A stretch of DNA of 64,000 nucleotides from Okamejei kenojei (taxonomy: Eukaryota). The stretch spans positions 39,618,001 to 39,682,000 of the forward strand of contig CM069152.1 in the NCBI GenBank assembly GCA_035221665.1. The letters run 5' to 3'. Below, piece after piece: positions 1 through 14,688 of this stretch (the stretch's first letter is position 1; every line of letters starts with the position of its first letter). The notes under the pieces are model-generated. The model saw only the letters and a program-made list of their open reading frames with translations. It did no database searches and was not told where the DNA came from. The position numbers were made by a program, and so were the translations under genes.

Positions 1-1276
1 GACCATGTGCAGGCAAATGGGATTAGTCAGACTGGCTTCATTGGCAGCACAGACATGGTATGCCAAAGGACCTGTTCCTGTACAGTACCTTTCTATGTTC
101 ATATCAGCTCAAGAGACCACACATCCTATTCCTCCAACTGCTTTCCGATGTTATTAAGTCATGTATTTATTTATAGGAACAAAACACTCCCCAACTTTTA
201 ACATAAGCAATAAACAGGAACATTTGTCTAATACTCTTCAAGAAAAGTGTGCATCTGCTCTCACAACTCCAATACCATTTAAAGGAGTACTTGGTCCCCC
301 ATCTAAGTAATTTTATTACAGCTGAACACCACCCAGTGAACCCCAGGTGTTCATAACTTCATTACAACAGGGCTACAATCATACGCCCAGGATGCTGAAA
401 CTGGCATTACTCTTGTTCCTTTGTGCCAATACCTCAGCTCCTTATTAAAGGAATCAATAAAGGTCACATTAATACAGCTGATGGGAGCCTCCCGCCTTCC
501 AAATTTTGATTTGGGCTTGATAATTTGGCATTTGCTATATCCAGCTACACGATGCAAGTTTTTCCAAGTTTCTCAAATAATCTTCCAGCATTCAGCTCAC
601 CCAGGCATCTCTGTATTATATAAAATATTGGCCCCAAACTCTTTTGGAGCTGATATCCATACCAGGATCCTGCCATTATCCTACAGTTCAGGAAATAAAT
701 TTCAACTTACAACTTGGGTGTGACTACAAAGTACCTAAATGAATACTGGACTGTTTCTACAAAGGGCTGTCGTCTCTCAATGTCATTCATGCTGATGCCC
801 AAGTGCCAAGATGAAAATCCATTACTCTATCACACCAGAAATGTCCGTCTAAAGTCCCACTTTGATTTTTGCAGTATAATAGCAAATTTCCGAGATAATC
901 CCAACAGAAAAATGACACTAAAGGCGAGACAATTAATTGCCCCTGACAGAATATTGATGTGACATTCATCATGACCACTGCTGATAAACTCTCCAAGGGC
1001 AGTACCATACACAATGACAGTACAAATTCCTTTACTCACTGAAGTAAATGCACTGAAAACAGTAATGTGATAACATCACATTACAAACAAATGTTTCCGC
1101 TTCCATTTTACAAACTGAAAATTGAGGCTCAATCAGGTAGGCATGGGGACTCTTCATGGATCTGTCAGTGCAGTTAAAAATATGACATATCGATGTTTTT
1201 CTAAGCCACCCTGTGCATGCAGTCTACCACCTACAACCCATCACCACAAAAACAGCTGGCATTACACAAAGCTTAC

Positions 1277-1371
1277 TTGTTCCTGCCAGTCATTGTTCCG
1301 TCTGATTGCACATTCCCCCCTACTTGGTGCAGTTTGGACCGTTCTATATGTTCCACATAAGTTTGGATCAT
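1277..1371 (-). CDS. mapk8ip3: JIP3 coding exon 4 (95 bp); gene continues beyond the left window edge
   Basis: Acceptor ttttgtgttgcag|ATG; translates [31 protein letters not shown] plus 2 nt; donor AA|gtaagc. [13 protein letters not shown] is the JIP3 form (JIP4 has MIHNYMEHLERTK). Confidence 0.9.
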
Positions 1372-1422
1372 CTGCAACACAAAATAATTATTTAGTCGCA
1401 CAAAATAAGGAAGCCTCATTCT

Positions 1423-1896
1423 AACAGACAATAGACAATAGGTGCAGGAGTAGGCCATTCGGCCCTTCGAGCCATTCAATGTGATCATGGCTGATCATCC
1501 CCAATCAGTACCCCCCGTTCCTGCCTTCTCCCCATATCCCCTGACTGCTATCTTTAAGAAACCTATCAAGCTCTCTCTTGAAAGTGTCCAGAGGACCGGC
1601 CTCCACCGCCCTCTGAGGCAGAGAATTCCACAGACTCACAACTCTCTGTGAGAAAAAGTGTTTCCTCGTTCGAAATGGCTTACCCCTTATTTTTAAACTG
1701 TGGCCCCTGGTTCTGGACTCCCCCAACATAGAGACCATGTTTCCTGCCTCTAGCGTGTCCAAACCCTTAACAATCTTATATGTTTCAATAAGATCCCCTC
1801 TCATCCTTCTAAACTCCAGAGTGTACAAGCCCAGCCTCTCCATTCTCTCAGCATATGACAGTCCCGCCATCCCGGGAATTAACCTTGTAAACCTAC
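1423..1896 (-). mobile_element. CR1/HER1-type LINE 3' fragment
   Basis: [41 protein letters not shown]...WNSLP; (CTATTGT)n tail. Confidence 0.9.
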
Positions 1897-2703
1897 AAAT
1901 CATGTCAGCACTCCATTCACAGAATGAACTAACTTGTCCAGGACATTATGTGGTGCTACACCTAAGAAATTGGGCGACTTCCTGAAAACAAAACATTCTC
2001 TTGTCTATTTATTGGTATATTCTGTAAACTACTTAATAAAAATATTAGAGGATACCATTTCTTGATATTCCACTACCCATTATATTAAATAGCATTGCAT
2101 CAAGTTCCATTCATCTTTATATTTTAGATCTTGTCCAACAAGATCTCACCCCTCTGCAATATCAGTTCATTGGAGTATGTGATTTGGGCTCTTGTAAATA
2201 TGGTTGGACATGCAGTTTCGAAAATAAAATCAAAGTAATAACATGTTAAAATATAGAATAACTGGAATTAATATTGTGCTCATGTCACTCAATTAATTGT
2301 TGACATTGAAAGGAGTTTAGAACATTTAGAAAGGAAAATTAAAAGTCTGTATCCAGAAATTCAATGCTACATTTTTTATGATAATGTATAATGTATAATG
2401 TTTGCTTCGATGTTCAAGGTCAATTGGCAGCAGGAAGCAACCCGCAAAATTGCTAATCTATGCCAGATATATACTGAACATGCTATAAACATTCAACAGG
2501 TCAGGCAGCACCCGTAGAGAGAGAAACGGGGTTAATATTTCAGAGAGATGACCTGTTAATCAGGAAGAAGGAAAGTTAGACACCAAACTTGTTTTAAGTT
2601 CTCATATTTTCTCATGAATCAGGTCATTTGGTGCATTGCGTCTATGCCAAGTCTCAGAGAGTTCTGCTCACACTCATGCCACCACTGTGCCTATTTTCTG
2701 AGG

Positions 2704-3217
2704 AATCTGAGGAAAGACATTTTTGCCGTAGAGGGAGTACAGAGAAGGTTCACCAGACTGATTCCTGGGGCAGGTCTTGCATATGATAAAAGACTGGATA
2801 GACTCGGCTTGAATTTAGAAGATTGAGGGGGGATCTTATAGAGACTTACAAAATTCTTAACGGGTTGGACAGGCTAGATGCAGGAAGATTGCTCCCGATG
2901 TTGGGGAAGTCCAGAACAGGGGGTCACAGTTTAAGGATAAGAGGGAAGTCTTTTAGGACCGAGATAAGAAAATCATTTTTCACACAGAGAGTGGTGAATC
3001 TGTGGAATTCTCTGCCACAGAATTGAGTTGAGGCCAGTTCATATTTAAGAGGGAGTTAGATGTGGCCCTTGTGGCTAAAGGGATCAGGGGGTATGGAGAG
3101 AAGGCAGATACAGGATACTGAGTTGGATGATCAACCATGATCATATTGAATGGCGGTGCAGGCTCAAAAGGCCGAATGGCCTACTCCTGCACCTATTTTC
3201 TATGTTTCTATGTTTCT
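2704..3217 (+). mobile_element. CR1/HER1-type LINE 3' fragment
   Basis: [33 protein letters not shown]; (TTTCTATG)n tail. Confidence 0.9.
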
Positions 3218-6200
3218 CCTTCACATACTCATCAACCCCACCCAATTCCAGTCATCCAGTGACACTGGGTGTAACTCGCATCATATTTTTGAGTGGAATC
3301 GGAAAACCCTGGAAAATCCGTGTGGTCACAGAGAGAGAGTGCAAGCTCTGCCAGCGGCACTACCCGTTCACCAATTAGCCGACCTCCTCCAAAATATTGC
3401 CACATCATTTTTCTCCATCCATTTGATGGACATACAGGTCACGTAAGCAGCACAACACCATCACATGGGCGTGGCAGTCTAGAATGTGCTTTCACCTCTC
3501 TGGTGCAGTATGAAAAGAAAATGGACAGTTAACCTTTCGTGTCAAGGCCCCACATCTGGACTGAGGGTGGAGGTGAGATAACCAGTATAAAAAGGTGGGG
3601 CAAAAGCTGGAAAGCAGTTGGTGGATCGAGGCGAGAAGGGATGGATTGGTGGGTAGGCTCAGGTGGTGGTGGAGATAGCAATAGAGACTGGAACATGATC
3701 GGTTGAGATAACCAGGGGGTGCAGATGGGAGCGTGGGGCCAAGTAAAGGAGGTAGGGTGTGAAGATGGGAACAATGGGGTGGAAGGGACCCGATGGGAAG
3801 AGTGCGTGGGTGATGGGCCGATGGAGTGGATGGGAAGGAACTGGGCGAGAGGGGCTAGGGTGTTTGAAGGGTATGTGAGTCTCGGTAGATAAGGAGGGAG
3901 GCAGAGGCAGAGGGGAAGCACATTACCTGAACTAGAGTACTCAATAATCATGCCATCAGGCTGTTGGCTACCCAGGGGAATACGAGGTGCTATCTCCAAG
4001 TTTGCATTTGGTTTCACCTTAAATGGTCTCACCCTAGCGGTGTTGAGAGATCAAGGCAGACCTCCTCACCTGGATCCAGTGTACCACCACTTACTCCACC
4101 TCTTTATACAGGTTTTTCCTCTCTACTCTTTGTCCAGTTGGAGGGTCTTGACCAGAAACATTGACCATCCATTTCCCTCCACAGATACTGCCTGTCCCAC
4201 TGAGATTCCAGCAGTTTATTTTTTGTTCCAGACCTCAACAGCTGTAGTCCCCGGCGTCTTTGTTTTAATTCCTTTCAATTGTAACATTTATTTCTAAAGA
4301 TAGACACAAAATGCTGGAGCAACTCAGTGGATCTGGTAACATCTTTGGAGAAAATGGATAGGCGATGTTTCAGGTCAAGACCCTTCTAAACCCAGTTCAA
4401 ATGAATATCATCATTCTCCCAGTACTGGGAATATAAATCTGGAAAGTAAACTCCACATGAATAGAAACAGAGTAAAGCTACATCTACAAATATTTCCAAG
4501 GCACGTTAGAGGTCGAATTTGGATCCCAAGTCCAAGGAACAGCCTACTGCATTTTCTGGTCCTTTTGATGGAATGTGGTCTCGGAGAAGGGATAGGTATG
4601 ATGAAAAGTAATTGTCCATGATAAGGTTGAGGCCAGGAGAACATGATGATCAAGAGAGGGCCATGTTAAATTACCCTTGTTCTCTCCACCCATTATCTTT
4701 CTTTGCATTCTAAAATATGTTTTCTTGATTCTGAAGAAATGTCATCACCTTGAAACATGAACTGCTTCTCTCCCCCCAGATGACTTGTGCTGCGTTTAAT
4801 AGCGTTCCAATTTCTATTTCCGATTGTCGGCACCTGAAGCTCTTTTAGTGTTTCGGTTTCTCACCATTGCTTCCTGCTTTGCTGAGCAAAGGCTTGGGCG
4901 AGTGATCCAGCACCAAACTATGTAGTATTTTTTAACAAACAACAAACAAGCAAGGGACCAAGGATGAAAGGAATCATAACAGAGGTCCAGAGAAGGAATA
5001 TGGCCTATTCAGCTCCACGAGTCTGATCTGCTGTTCAGAAAGACCCCTTCTCTAAGTCCATGGCCAAACTGATTTTTGGTTTCATCTCCACTTTCTTTCA
5101 TGATCCCCATAAATCTTTATTCTGCCATTGCACAAAAATCCACCTCAATTTTGTAAATATTTAATGGCTCACAGTTGCCTGGAGTAGAATATTCCACAGC
5201 TCTAAGAGGAAAGAAAATCCCTTCTCATTTCAACCCTATCTCAAGGCTATGCCTCTCGTTTCCAGAGCCCCTACCAAGTGTGTTACATTTCAGAACTCCA
5301 TAAAGATTAGTGGAGTTGAGAGCACCAACCCTGTTGAGTCCTTTTGGGATTTAATTGCTTCACATGTTTCAAAATGTAAAATAATATGGACCTTATCTTT
5401 CTGAATCAAGATAATAAATGAACAGGGACGAAATCAGGAAAAACTGACAATTCCAAGGTTAGACTGGCCCAAGAATCTTGTAAATTTGCACATTTCTTTA
5501 CCTCCATTAAGGTAAAGAAATGGCCTGAAAGTAAGAAATATTTGCAATTAAAGACACATGTATTGACTACAGAAACCTACAAAAAAATACTTCCTATTTC
5601 TGGTGAAGTTATGATCACAACAGGATGCAGGGAGGAGATAAATATGTAAATCTGCCTCATCAACCCCAACAAGGGATTGAAGAGTGTTCGCTGCCACTCT
5701 TGCTCCTTCCACATGTTCAAAGCTGCCTCACTGCTGATCCAACTTTAGAACACGTTACTCCAACAAAATACCAGAAATATTGGGAATGGTTTCAAAGTAT
5801 CTTGGGACAACATTACTTTTCAAGAGTATAAAGCAAGATCTCTACAATCTGAAGCAAAAATTAATTACATTTTTACTTATCATATGAATAGCTGCAGTGC
5901 CAAATTAATATTTAATATTCAGGGATGTAGATCATCTTGATTAGCATAATTAGATACAATATTGGTACATCAAGAGGGGTAAATTTTCAATTTTAGCCAT
6001 TAACGTAATCTGGTCGAGAAGACTAGCGACCTGATATTGAATATACCAGATTTACATTTGTAGAAAGGAATGGAAAATCAAAAAAAATATTGATGGTTTC
6101 TATGAAGGACAATTGGTGCCATCCCTATAAAATTATTCTTAACATTGAACATGCAACTTTATTCCCATGTGTTTCAACTGAGGGTTAGTGGAGTTGCACC

Positions 6201-6321
6201 TTGCTACAAAACAAAGTCCACCTCTCAGGACACCCCACGATGACACTTTGTTGCTACCTCAGGCTTATGCACTGTCAAATGTCAGCTGCTTTCATGCGAG
6301 TATTGAATGCCGGTCTCTTAC

Positions 6322-6392
6322 CTCAGTGTGTCTCAGATGTAAAGCATTGTATTCCTTTTTCATCTCTGCCTCCCGCTCTTCCAGTCTGGTAA
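6322..6392 (-). CDS. mapk8ip3: JIP3 coding exon 3 (71 bp)
   Basis: Acceptor gttgcag|TT completes CTT (Leu); translates (L)TRLEEREAEMKKEYNALHLRHTE; donor GAG|gtaaga, phase 0. Confidence 0.92.
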
Positions 6393-6904
6393 CTGCAACG
6401 ACAGCACAAAGCTGAATGAGACTCTTATTAATTGGATTCGATATAAAGAACCCCATCTAACAAAATCACACTGCATCTAGAAATCGGACGGATTTTAAGA
6501 ATTAAATTCACGATGGGTGGGAAACAAATGAACAGAAACTGAACTTATTCCTCGTGACACAGAAGGCAGCCATTCACCTCTTCAGTTCCGTGACATCTCC
6601 CAGCAAAGTAACCCCATCAGGCCCAATCCTTATCATTTTCCTGTATCCCTGGAACTTACTACCTCTCACATGTCCATCTACTCCCATTGATTATTTACCT
6701 ACATTAAAGAAATTCACACTAACCAATTAACCTACCAGCACTTCTTTCAAATGCGGGCAGAAACTGGGGCGCCGGATGGAAAAACGAGCGATCACAAGGG
6801 CCAACACTACCTGACAGGCCCAGGGATCACACTGACACTCTCTTGCTGTACCTGTGGGGAAACAGCACTATCTTGCAATGGCAACAATGTAAAGATCGCA
6901 TGGA

Positions 6905-9385
6905 TGAATTACAAAATTGCTCATCCCTGTCCGGCGTAAAAATAAAACAGGGATGGCGGCTCAACCGTGGCTAACGCGGGAAATTAGGGATAGTGTTAAA
7001 TCCAAAGAAGAGCCATATAAATTGGCCAGAGGAAGCAGCAAACCGGAGGACTGGGAGAAATTTAGAATTCAACAGAGGAGGACAAAGGGGTTAATTAAGA
7101 GGGGGAACATAGAGCATGAGAGAAATCTTGCGGGGAATATAAAAACTGACTGTATAAGCTTCTCTAGATATGTGAAGAGGAAATGATTAGTGAAGACAAA
7201 TGTAGGTCCCTTATAAAGTCAGAAACAAGTGAATTTGTAATGGGAAACATGGAAATGGCAGTCCAGTTAAACAAGTACTATGGTTCTGTCCTCACGAAGG
7301 AAGACACAAAAAACCAATCTCCCACAAATACTAGGGGACTGAGGATCTGGAGGGAGGGAGGAACTGAAGGAAATTCACGTCAGAAAATGGTATTGGGTAA
7401 ATTATTGGGACTGAAGGAAGACAAATCGCCATAGCCTGATGGTCTGCATCCCAGAGTACTCAAGGAGGTGGCTCTAGAATTCATGGATGCATTGGTGATC
7501 ATTTTCCAATGTTCCTTAGACTCTGGGTCAGTTCCTGTGGACTGGAGGGTAGCTAATGTAACCCTGCTTTTTAAGAAACGAGGGAGAGAGAAAACAGTGA
7601 ATTATAGACTAGTTAGCCTGACATCGGTAGTGGGGAAGATGTTGGAGTCGATTATGAAAGATGTAATAGCAGCACATTTGGAAAATAGTGACAGGATCGG
7701 TCAAAGTCAGCATGGATTTATGAAGGGGAAATCATGCTTGACTAATCTTCTAGAATTTTTTGAGGATGTAACAAGTAGAATGGATAAGGGAGAGCCAGTG
7801 GATGTGGTGTATCTGGACTTTCAAAAAACCTTTGCAAAGAGTAGGAATTAACGGGACCTTTTCAGAATGGCAGGCAGTGACTATTCCTGCTATTGAGGGA
7901 GTGCAGCGTAGGTTTACAAGGTTAATTCCCGGGATGGTGGGACTGTCATTTGCTGAGAGAATGGAGCAGCTGGGCTTGTACACTCTGGAGTTTAGAAGGA
8001 TGAGAGAGTATCTTATTGAAACATATAAGATTACTAAGAGTTTGGACATGGAAAACAGGCAGGAAACATGTTCCCGATGTTGGGGGAGTCCAGAACCAGG
8101 GAACACAGTTTAAGAATAAGGGGTAAAACATTTAGAACGGAGACGAGGAAACACTTTTTCTCACAGAGAGTGGGGAGTCTGTGGAATTCCCCGTCTCAGA
8201 GGGCAGTGGAGGCCGGCTCTCTTGTTACTTTCAAGTGCAAACTAGATAGGGCTCTTAAACATAACAGAGTCAGGGGATATGGGGGGAAGGCAGGGTACTG
8301 ATTGGGGATGATTAGCCATGATCACATTGAATGGCAGTGCTGGCTCGAAGGGCCGAATGGCCTACTCCTGCACCTATTGTCTATTGACTAATGGGTGTCC
8401 GCAAGGTTCAGTGCTGGGACCCCAGTTATTTATTATATATATTAACGATTTAGACAAAGGAAATGTAACATCTCCAAGTTCACAGATGAAACAAAGCTGA
8501 GTGGCAGTGTGAGTTGCGAGGAGGATGCTATGAGGCTTAGATAGATCGGGTGTGTGGGCAGATACATGGCAGATGCGTATAATGTGGATAAATGTGAGTT
8601 TGTCCACTTTGGTAGCAAGAACAAGGCAGATTATTATCTGAATGGTGTCAGATTAGGAAAAGGGGAGGTGCAACGAGACCTAGGTGTCCTTGTACATCAG
8701 TCACTGAAAGTAAGCATGCAGGTACAGCAGGCAGTGAAGAAAGCTAATGGCATGTTGGCCTTCATTGCAAGAGGATTTGAGTATAGGAGCAAGGAGGTCC
8801 TACTGCAATTGTACTGTGCCTGGTGAGACCACACCAGGAGTATTGCGTGTAGTTTTGGTCTCCTAATTTGAGGAAGGACATTCTTGCTGTTGAGGGAATT
8901 CCCAGGGTGGCGGGACTGACATATGATGAAAGAATGGATCGACAGGGCTTATATTCACAGGAATTTAGAAGCATGAGAGAGGATCTTATAGAAACATATA
9001 AAGTTCTTAAGGGATTGGACAGGCTCGATGCAGGATAAATGTTCCCCATGTTGGGGGAGTCCAGAAGCAGGGATCACAGTTTAAGAATAACGCAAGGCCA
9101 TTTCGGACTGAGATGAGGAAAACATTTTTTCACCCAGGGAGTTGTGAATCTGTGGAATTCTCTGCTACCGAAGGCAGTGGAGGCCAATTCACTGGATGTA
9201 TTCAAGTGAGGGTTTGCTACAGCTCTAAGGTCTAACGGAATCAAGGGATCTGGGGAGAAAGCAGGAACCGGGTACTGGTTCTGCATGATCAGCCATGATC
9301 ATATTGAATGGCGGTGCAGGCTCGAAGAGCCGAATGGCCCACTCCTGCACCTATTTTCTATGTTTCTTTATTTTCTATGTTTCTA
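6905..9385 (+). mobile_element. CR1 LINE ORF2 remnant with a second CR1 3' fragment nested at ~7884-8384
   Basis: RT motifs NYRLVSLTSVVGK, QHGFMKGKSCLTNL, VYLDFQK, PQGSVLGP; frameshifted; TGACTA duplicated around the nested copy. Confidence 0.9.
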
Positions 9386-11212
9386 TCTTTTATACCACCA
9401 TGCCACCACAAATGTGTACTTTTCTAAATTTAATTTTCTTTCAAAACAATGAACAATGAAAGTGAGACACAAAAAAAAAATGATGTTTTGCCATCAACAA
9501 GCAGACAGCAAGTAGCAGTAACTAGTGCAGTGCACATTGCATGTTTTCCCAAAGCCAAGACGGAGCTTCAATGATCTGCCCTGCAAATAATCCCAAGATA
9601 GTTGGTGCACAATTTTAGCCATTGGAGCTACAGAATAAACCGAACGAAACGATGAGCCAGTTTTGAAAAAAATCTGCATAATGTGATGGTTTTATCCTCT
9701 CGCTGCCTTAAGTTCAGGAAAATTGCTCATTGTAAATGAGTTCCACCATCTCCTAACTCCACCACATGAGGACTCTCGCTGCTACAACCATAGACTTAGG
9801 GGAAGCTATGGGATGGTATCATCAACAAGGGTAGGCAGATTGAACTGGGTGACATTAACGTGATGGATAAACAGCATTGACTGAAATCTTAATGGAAAAA
9901 GACTGAGACAGTGGCATTTGCAACAAAATGCATCCGAATGGAAAGTATACAACCAAATACAATTTTAATAAAAGGTGATGGTGGATGTTGGGTGGATTTC
10001 CATTTGTTAGCTGCCAATTAGTATCAAATGGGCAAAAATCTAAAATTAAAAAAATGCTGTCTATCCAGATCAAGACCAAACAGAGCTGGGAATGGGTGCT
10101 TAGCTCAAAACCAATGCAATGACAGAAAAATGAAACTACAGTATGTTTACTGAGCATCTTTGATAAAGCCAAATGGCACAAGTTGCTTCATGAGAGCAGC
10201 ATTAGGGACTGTACTACACAGGATATTAGAAAAGGATGGCAAGTGTTAACAAGTGGAAAGAGAGATGGCGCAGTGGAGAGGAATTAGAATCAGGTTTCTA
10301 AAGCTTAATGTCGCCAGCAGAAACCAGCGGCAGAGCAATTAGATTCCAGTAGGGAGTTGGAAGCAAGTGTCTCGGAGGAGTTTATGGCTGAAACAAGACA
10401 CAAAGGTGGAGACTACAAGGTAATAAATACTTTTAATCATGACATTGCCATTGGAGCAATGGATAGGTCAGTGACCGTAGGAGTAAATGGTGACAGCTCC
10501 TTGGGGCGAGTTCGGATGACCTCAACTATACAGAAGCTACAGCACATGTGCAAAATACAATTGGAAGAGTCAATACTGAACACAAGCCTGACATGGATTG
10601 GACATAGCAGAGGAGCTGAATAGAAACGAGTCAGGTTGTATTATGGAAATTTATGTACGGGCAAATTTAGTATTGGCACAGATATGTGGATGAAACTCAT
10701 CGTATGAAGCTAGTGGCCATAAAATGGAGCTGAGAACAATAACCAAAGCAGCAGCAGGTGAAACAAACTCCTATGACATATTATAAGATAAAGCCAGATT
10801 TGGCAGGGAATGGATAACCAATTGGCTAACAATTTATTTTCTTACTAACAACCTCGCCTCTGTTATCAGAATTCTAATTTACACCAAGTCCTGTTCACCC
10901 ATCATTCCTGTACTGCTGATGTTAATTGCTTCATTTTTAAATCTCTTCCCTATTTTTAAATCTCTTCCGCATCTCATTCTTGCCTGTCCATAATGTATTC
11001 TAACCTTCATAATCCTCCATGATATCCGTACTCCCATTATCCATATCTAATTATGAATTCTTGCACTGACCTCATTTCCTTCATTCAATGGCTGGGTAGC
11101 TTCATCTCTCAGGACCACAAACTCGAGAATTACCTCCCACAACCTTTCTTTCTTCCTCTCTAACCAAAAATTAACATTTGGCCACTTTGCACAAATATCT
11201 TTTCAAAATGTA

Positions 11213-11465
11213 GTTTTGGTTTAGAGATACAGCACGGAAACAGGCCCCTCGGCCTACTGAGCTCACGTCGACAAGTGATCCCCATACACTGGCACTATCC
11301 AATGCACGGGACAGTTAACAATTTTACCAAGCCAATGTATGTCTTTGGAGTGTGGGAGGAAACCGGAGATCCCGGAGAAAACCCAAGCAGGTCACTGGGA
11401 AAGCGAACAAACTCCGTACAGGCAGGACCCGTAGTCTGGATCAAACCAGGGCACTGAAAGGCAGT
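11213..11465 (-). mobile_element. V-SINE (HE1-like), partial
   Basis: Reverse complement of the V-domain and tail. Confidence 0.8.
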
Positions 11466-11744
11466 GCAGAAATGGAGGGTTATGGATCATGTTCGGGTGG
11501 ATGCGATTAGTTTAACTTGCCATCATGTTCAGTGTGGGACAAAGGGCCTGTTCCTGTGCTAGACTGTTCGATGTTCTGTGTTAAATGGTTTGTTGACAAA
11601 CTTTGTATGATTATCGCTCCTGTGTGGCACTTTGGAATAATTAACTAAACTCAGGCTTATAGATTATTACAAGTTGGAGTTGCTACGTTAGGGTTCTCTT
11701 TTCAGCCTTTGAACCATTGAAAAACGCATTTAAACTTACACAAA

Positions 11745-12530
11745 GTGCTAAAGTAACTTAGTGTGTCAAGCAGCATCTCTGAAGAACATGAATTGGTAAT
11801 GTTTCAGGTTAGGGCTGTTCTCCAGACTGATTGAGCTCAGGGAAAGAAAGGTGGGGGGGGGGGGGGTTGAAGAAAGCTAGATGAGAGAAACGGCAGGACA
11901 AAGCGTGGCGAGTGATAGATCGATACAGGCGAGAGGGATTTTTGATATGCAGGTGATTGGACAAAGGCCAGAGATGAACAGACAACAGGTTTGAGATAAG
12001 CATAGGAGAGTTGCGAATTAGGCAGCCACAGAAAGGAATGTAGGTGGAAAGGGAGAGAGAGAGAAGAAATGGGTGTGTGTCCAGGTGGGCACAAGGAAGA
12101 AAGGTGAAAGAAAGGGTGAGGGGTAAAGAATCTCTGGCCTTCATCCAACCATCTGCCTATAACAAAAAACCTTGTTCAAGAAGGAACTGCAGATGCTGGA
12201 GAATCGAAGATAGACAAAAATGCTGGAGAAACTCAGCTGGTGCGGCAGCATCTATGGAGCAAAACGTTGCCTATTTCGTTTGCTCCATAGATGCTGCTGC
12301 ACCCACTGAGTTTCTCCAGCATTTTTGTCTTCCTTATAAAATAAAACTTTCATCTATATCCACCTATCACTCGCCATGCTTTGCCCTGCCCCTCCTCTCT
12401 TCCCCCCACCACAATCAGTCTTAAGGGTCCTATCCCAAAATGTTCTCCAGAGATGCTGCCTGACCCGCTGAGTTACTCCAGCACTTGCCGTCTTTTTCTG
12501 TGAACCTGCTCCTCCAGTTCCTTGCTTCTG
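11745..12530. mobile_element. Mosaic of Penelope termini in both orientations, including a hairpin at 12205-12333
   Basis: Repeated TGCTGGAG.AACTCAGC...GCAGCATCT motif and its reverse complement. Confidence 0.7.
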
Positions 12531-12543
12531 CATTTAAACTTAC

Positions 12544-12664
12544 GCTGGTCGGCATAGTTCTTGGACTTGAGCTCCAGCTGTCTGCTCTGCAGCTCCAAAG
12601 ATTCCACGTGTGTCTGAAGGTCCTTCTTCTCCTGTTCCAGCGCATCTTCAAACTCGATAAATTT
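12544..12664 (-). CDS. mapk8ip3: JIP3 coding exon 2 (121 bp)
   Basis: Acceptor tgtgcatag|AAA; translates [40 protein letters not shown] plus 1 nt; donor C|gtaagt. Phase continues from exon 1. Confidence 0.92.
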
Positions 12665-13065
12665 CTATGCACACACAAAAAAAAGCACGTTGAAAAAATG
12701 TTGAGAATACGAGAAGCTCCATACAAATGATTAAAGCTTTTACTGAGCAAAAGGAATTTTATATTCAGGTTGCTTTGCTTCATCCAAAAACAACACCTTG
12801 ATTTCTTGAAATCACGCATCATATATTTAAAATGTTCCCCACCAGAGAGAAGTATCTACTGAATAACACGTGCTCCCATAGTAACCACACTGCCATTCAT
12901 GAAGAAAAGGCCTGAACCAATTGAAATATTTTCCACATCCACAACTGCAACAGCATTAGCCCAATCTTTTTTTTTTAAAACAAACAGCTATTATGGAATG
13001 CCCACACTGCCTCCATAACATGACAACGGAACTATTAAGAAACTATTAAGAAGAAATGAAGAACA

Positions 13066-13391
13066 GCACAGTGGTACAGCGGTAGAGTTGCTGCCTTACA
13101 GCACCAGAGACCCAGCTTCAATTCTGTTTACAGGTGCTGTCTGTACGGAGTTTGTACGTTCTCCCCGTGACCGCATGGTTTTCCCCGTGTGCTCCGGATT
13201 CCTCCCACACTCCAAAGACGTACAGGGTTGTTAGGTTAATTGGCTCTGGTAAAGACTGTAAATTGTCCCTAGTGTGTGTGTGTGTGTGTATGTTAGTGTT
13301 GGTGTACAGGGATCGCTGGTCAGCGCGGATCAGTGGGCCGAAGGGCCTGTTTCCGCTCTGTTTCTCTAAACTACACTTAAACTTAAACTAT
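13066..13391 (+). mobile_element. tRNA-derived V-SINE (HE1-like)
   Basis: tRNA-like head GTGGTACAGCGGTAGAG..., V-domain GGAGTTTGTACGTTCTCCCCGTG..TTCCTCCCACACTCCAAAGAC, CR1-type tail GGGCCGAAGGGCCTGTTTCC, (CTAAA)n end. Confidence 0.85.
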
Positions 13392-13544
13392 TAAGAAAAA
13401 AATTAAAGCATTTCTTTTAACATTCTGAAATGACAGAAAACAAGTTGGAAAAGGGGCTTTTGATTGTACACTATTTGGCAGAATTTGTTCACAGAACAAG
13501 TGTACTCTTCTTACTTAATGTGATTCAGTTGACAAGCGTATATT

Positions 13545-14688
13545 AATAGAATATTGACTGGCCTTGAGGGGGATACGACATATATTGCCTGAAGTAGATT
13601 CATATTGCCCGAGTCGAAGACGAGGGCAATATGGATCTAGTGAGGGCAATATATGTCGTATCTCCCGAAAGAGGACAGTCAATATTGTTATTATTACCCA
13701 TATCAGACATCTAGAGGAAAATTTGAACATCTCAGCTCGGCGGACTTCCACGTAAAATTTTAACCAAAATGGACGCGGCAGTCTTCCTGTCTGCCGTTTG
13801 AATATTCTAAATTTCCCACGCAGCGTCACGTTGCCGTCACGTTGCCAAGTTCCCGGATGTGAGACCAGGGGAATATAAGACTATATTCCCCGCTGTTTTA
13901 ACAGGTAAAGTCCATAGGCGTTCGCAAGAAAGGGGAATATAAGAAAATATTCCCCTGTTACCCCTGCTGGCAGTAAAAACGAAGGGAATACAATTTTGTA
14001 AAAGCATACCTCAGATGTGTGATATGGTAATAATAATAGAATATTGACTGGCCTTGAGGGGGATACGACATATATTGCCTGAAGTAGATTCATATTGCCC
14101 GAGTCGAAGACGAGGGCAATATGGATCTAGTGAGGGCAATATATGTCGTATCTCCCGAAAGAGGACAGTCAATATTGTTATTATTACCCATTATCAGACA
14201 TCTAGAGGAAAATCTGAACATCTCATATGATATGAATGTATCTATACATTTTGCAATATGCATTGCAACATTGTAAATAAGGGTACTAAAACCATTGCAA
14301 CATTGTAAAATAAAGGTACTAAAACAATGTAACATTTATGTTTCATTTATGTAATTTATGTAATTCATTTATGTGACAATGTGAAGGTCGAACTTTTAAA
14401 TCGCGAACCTCTTCTCGCAACAGGCTGCCATTTTGTTTGTTTTGAGAATAAATTTTAAATTTCGCACGCAGCGTCACGTTGCCGTCACGCAGCGTCACGT
14501 TGCCAAGTTCCCGGATGTGAGACCAGGGGAATATAAGACTATATTCCCCGCTGTTTAAACAGGTAAAGTCCATAGGCGTTCGCTAGAAAGGGGAATATAA
14601 GAAAATATTCCCCAGTTACCCCTGCTGGCAGTAAAAAGGAAGGGAATACAATTTCGTAAAAGCATACCTCAGATGGGTGATATGGGTA
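13545..14688. mobile_element. Head-to-tail dimer of a hairpin-bearing non-autonomous DNA element (Crypton-like)
   Basis: Unit A 13545-14034, unit B 14035-14688. Each begins with a 137-bp imperfect palindrome (AATATTGACTG...CAGTCAATATT). GTATATTA direct repeat at both outer ends. Family assignment is inference. Confidence 0.55.

Noticed and set aside
13066-13140. tRNA gene
   Set aside because: It is the tRNA-derived head of a V-SINE, continuing directly into the V-domain and LINE tail with no intact cloverleaf.
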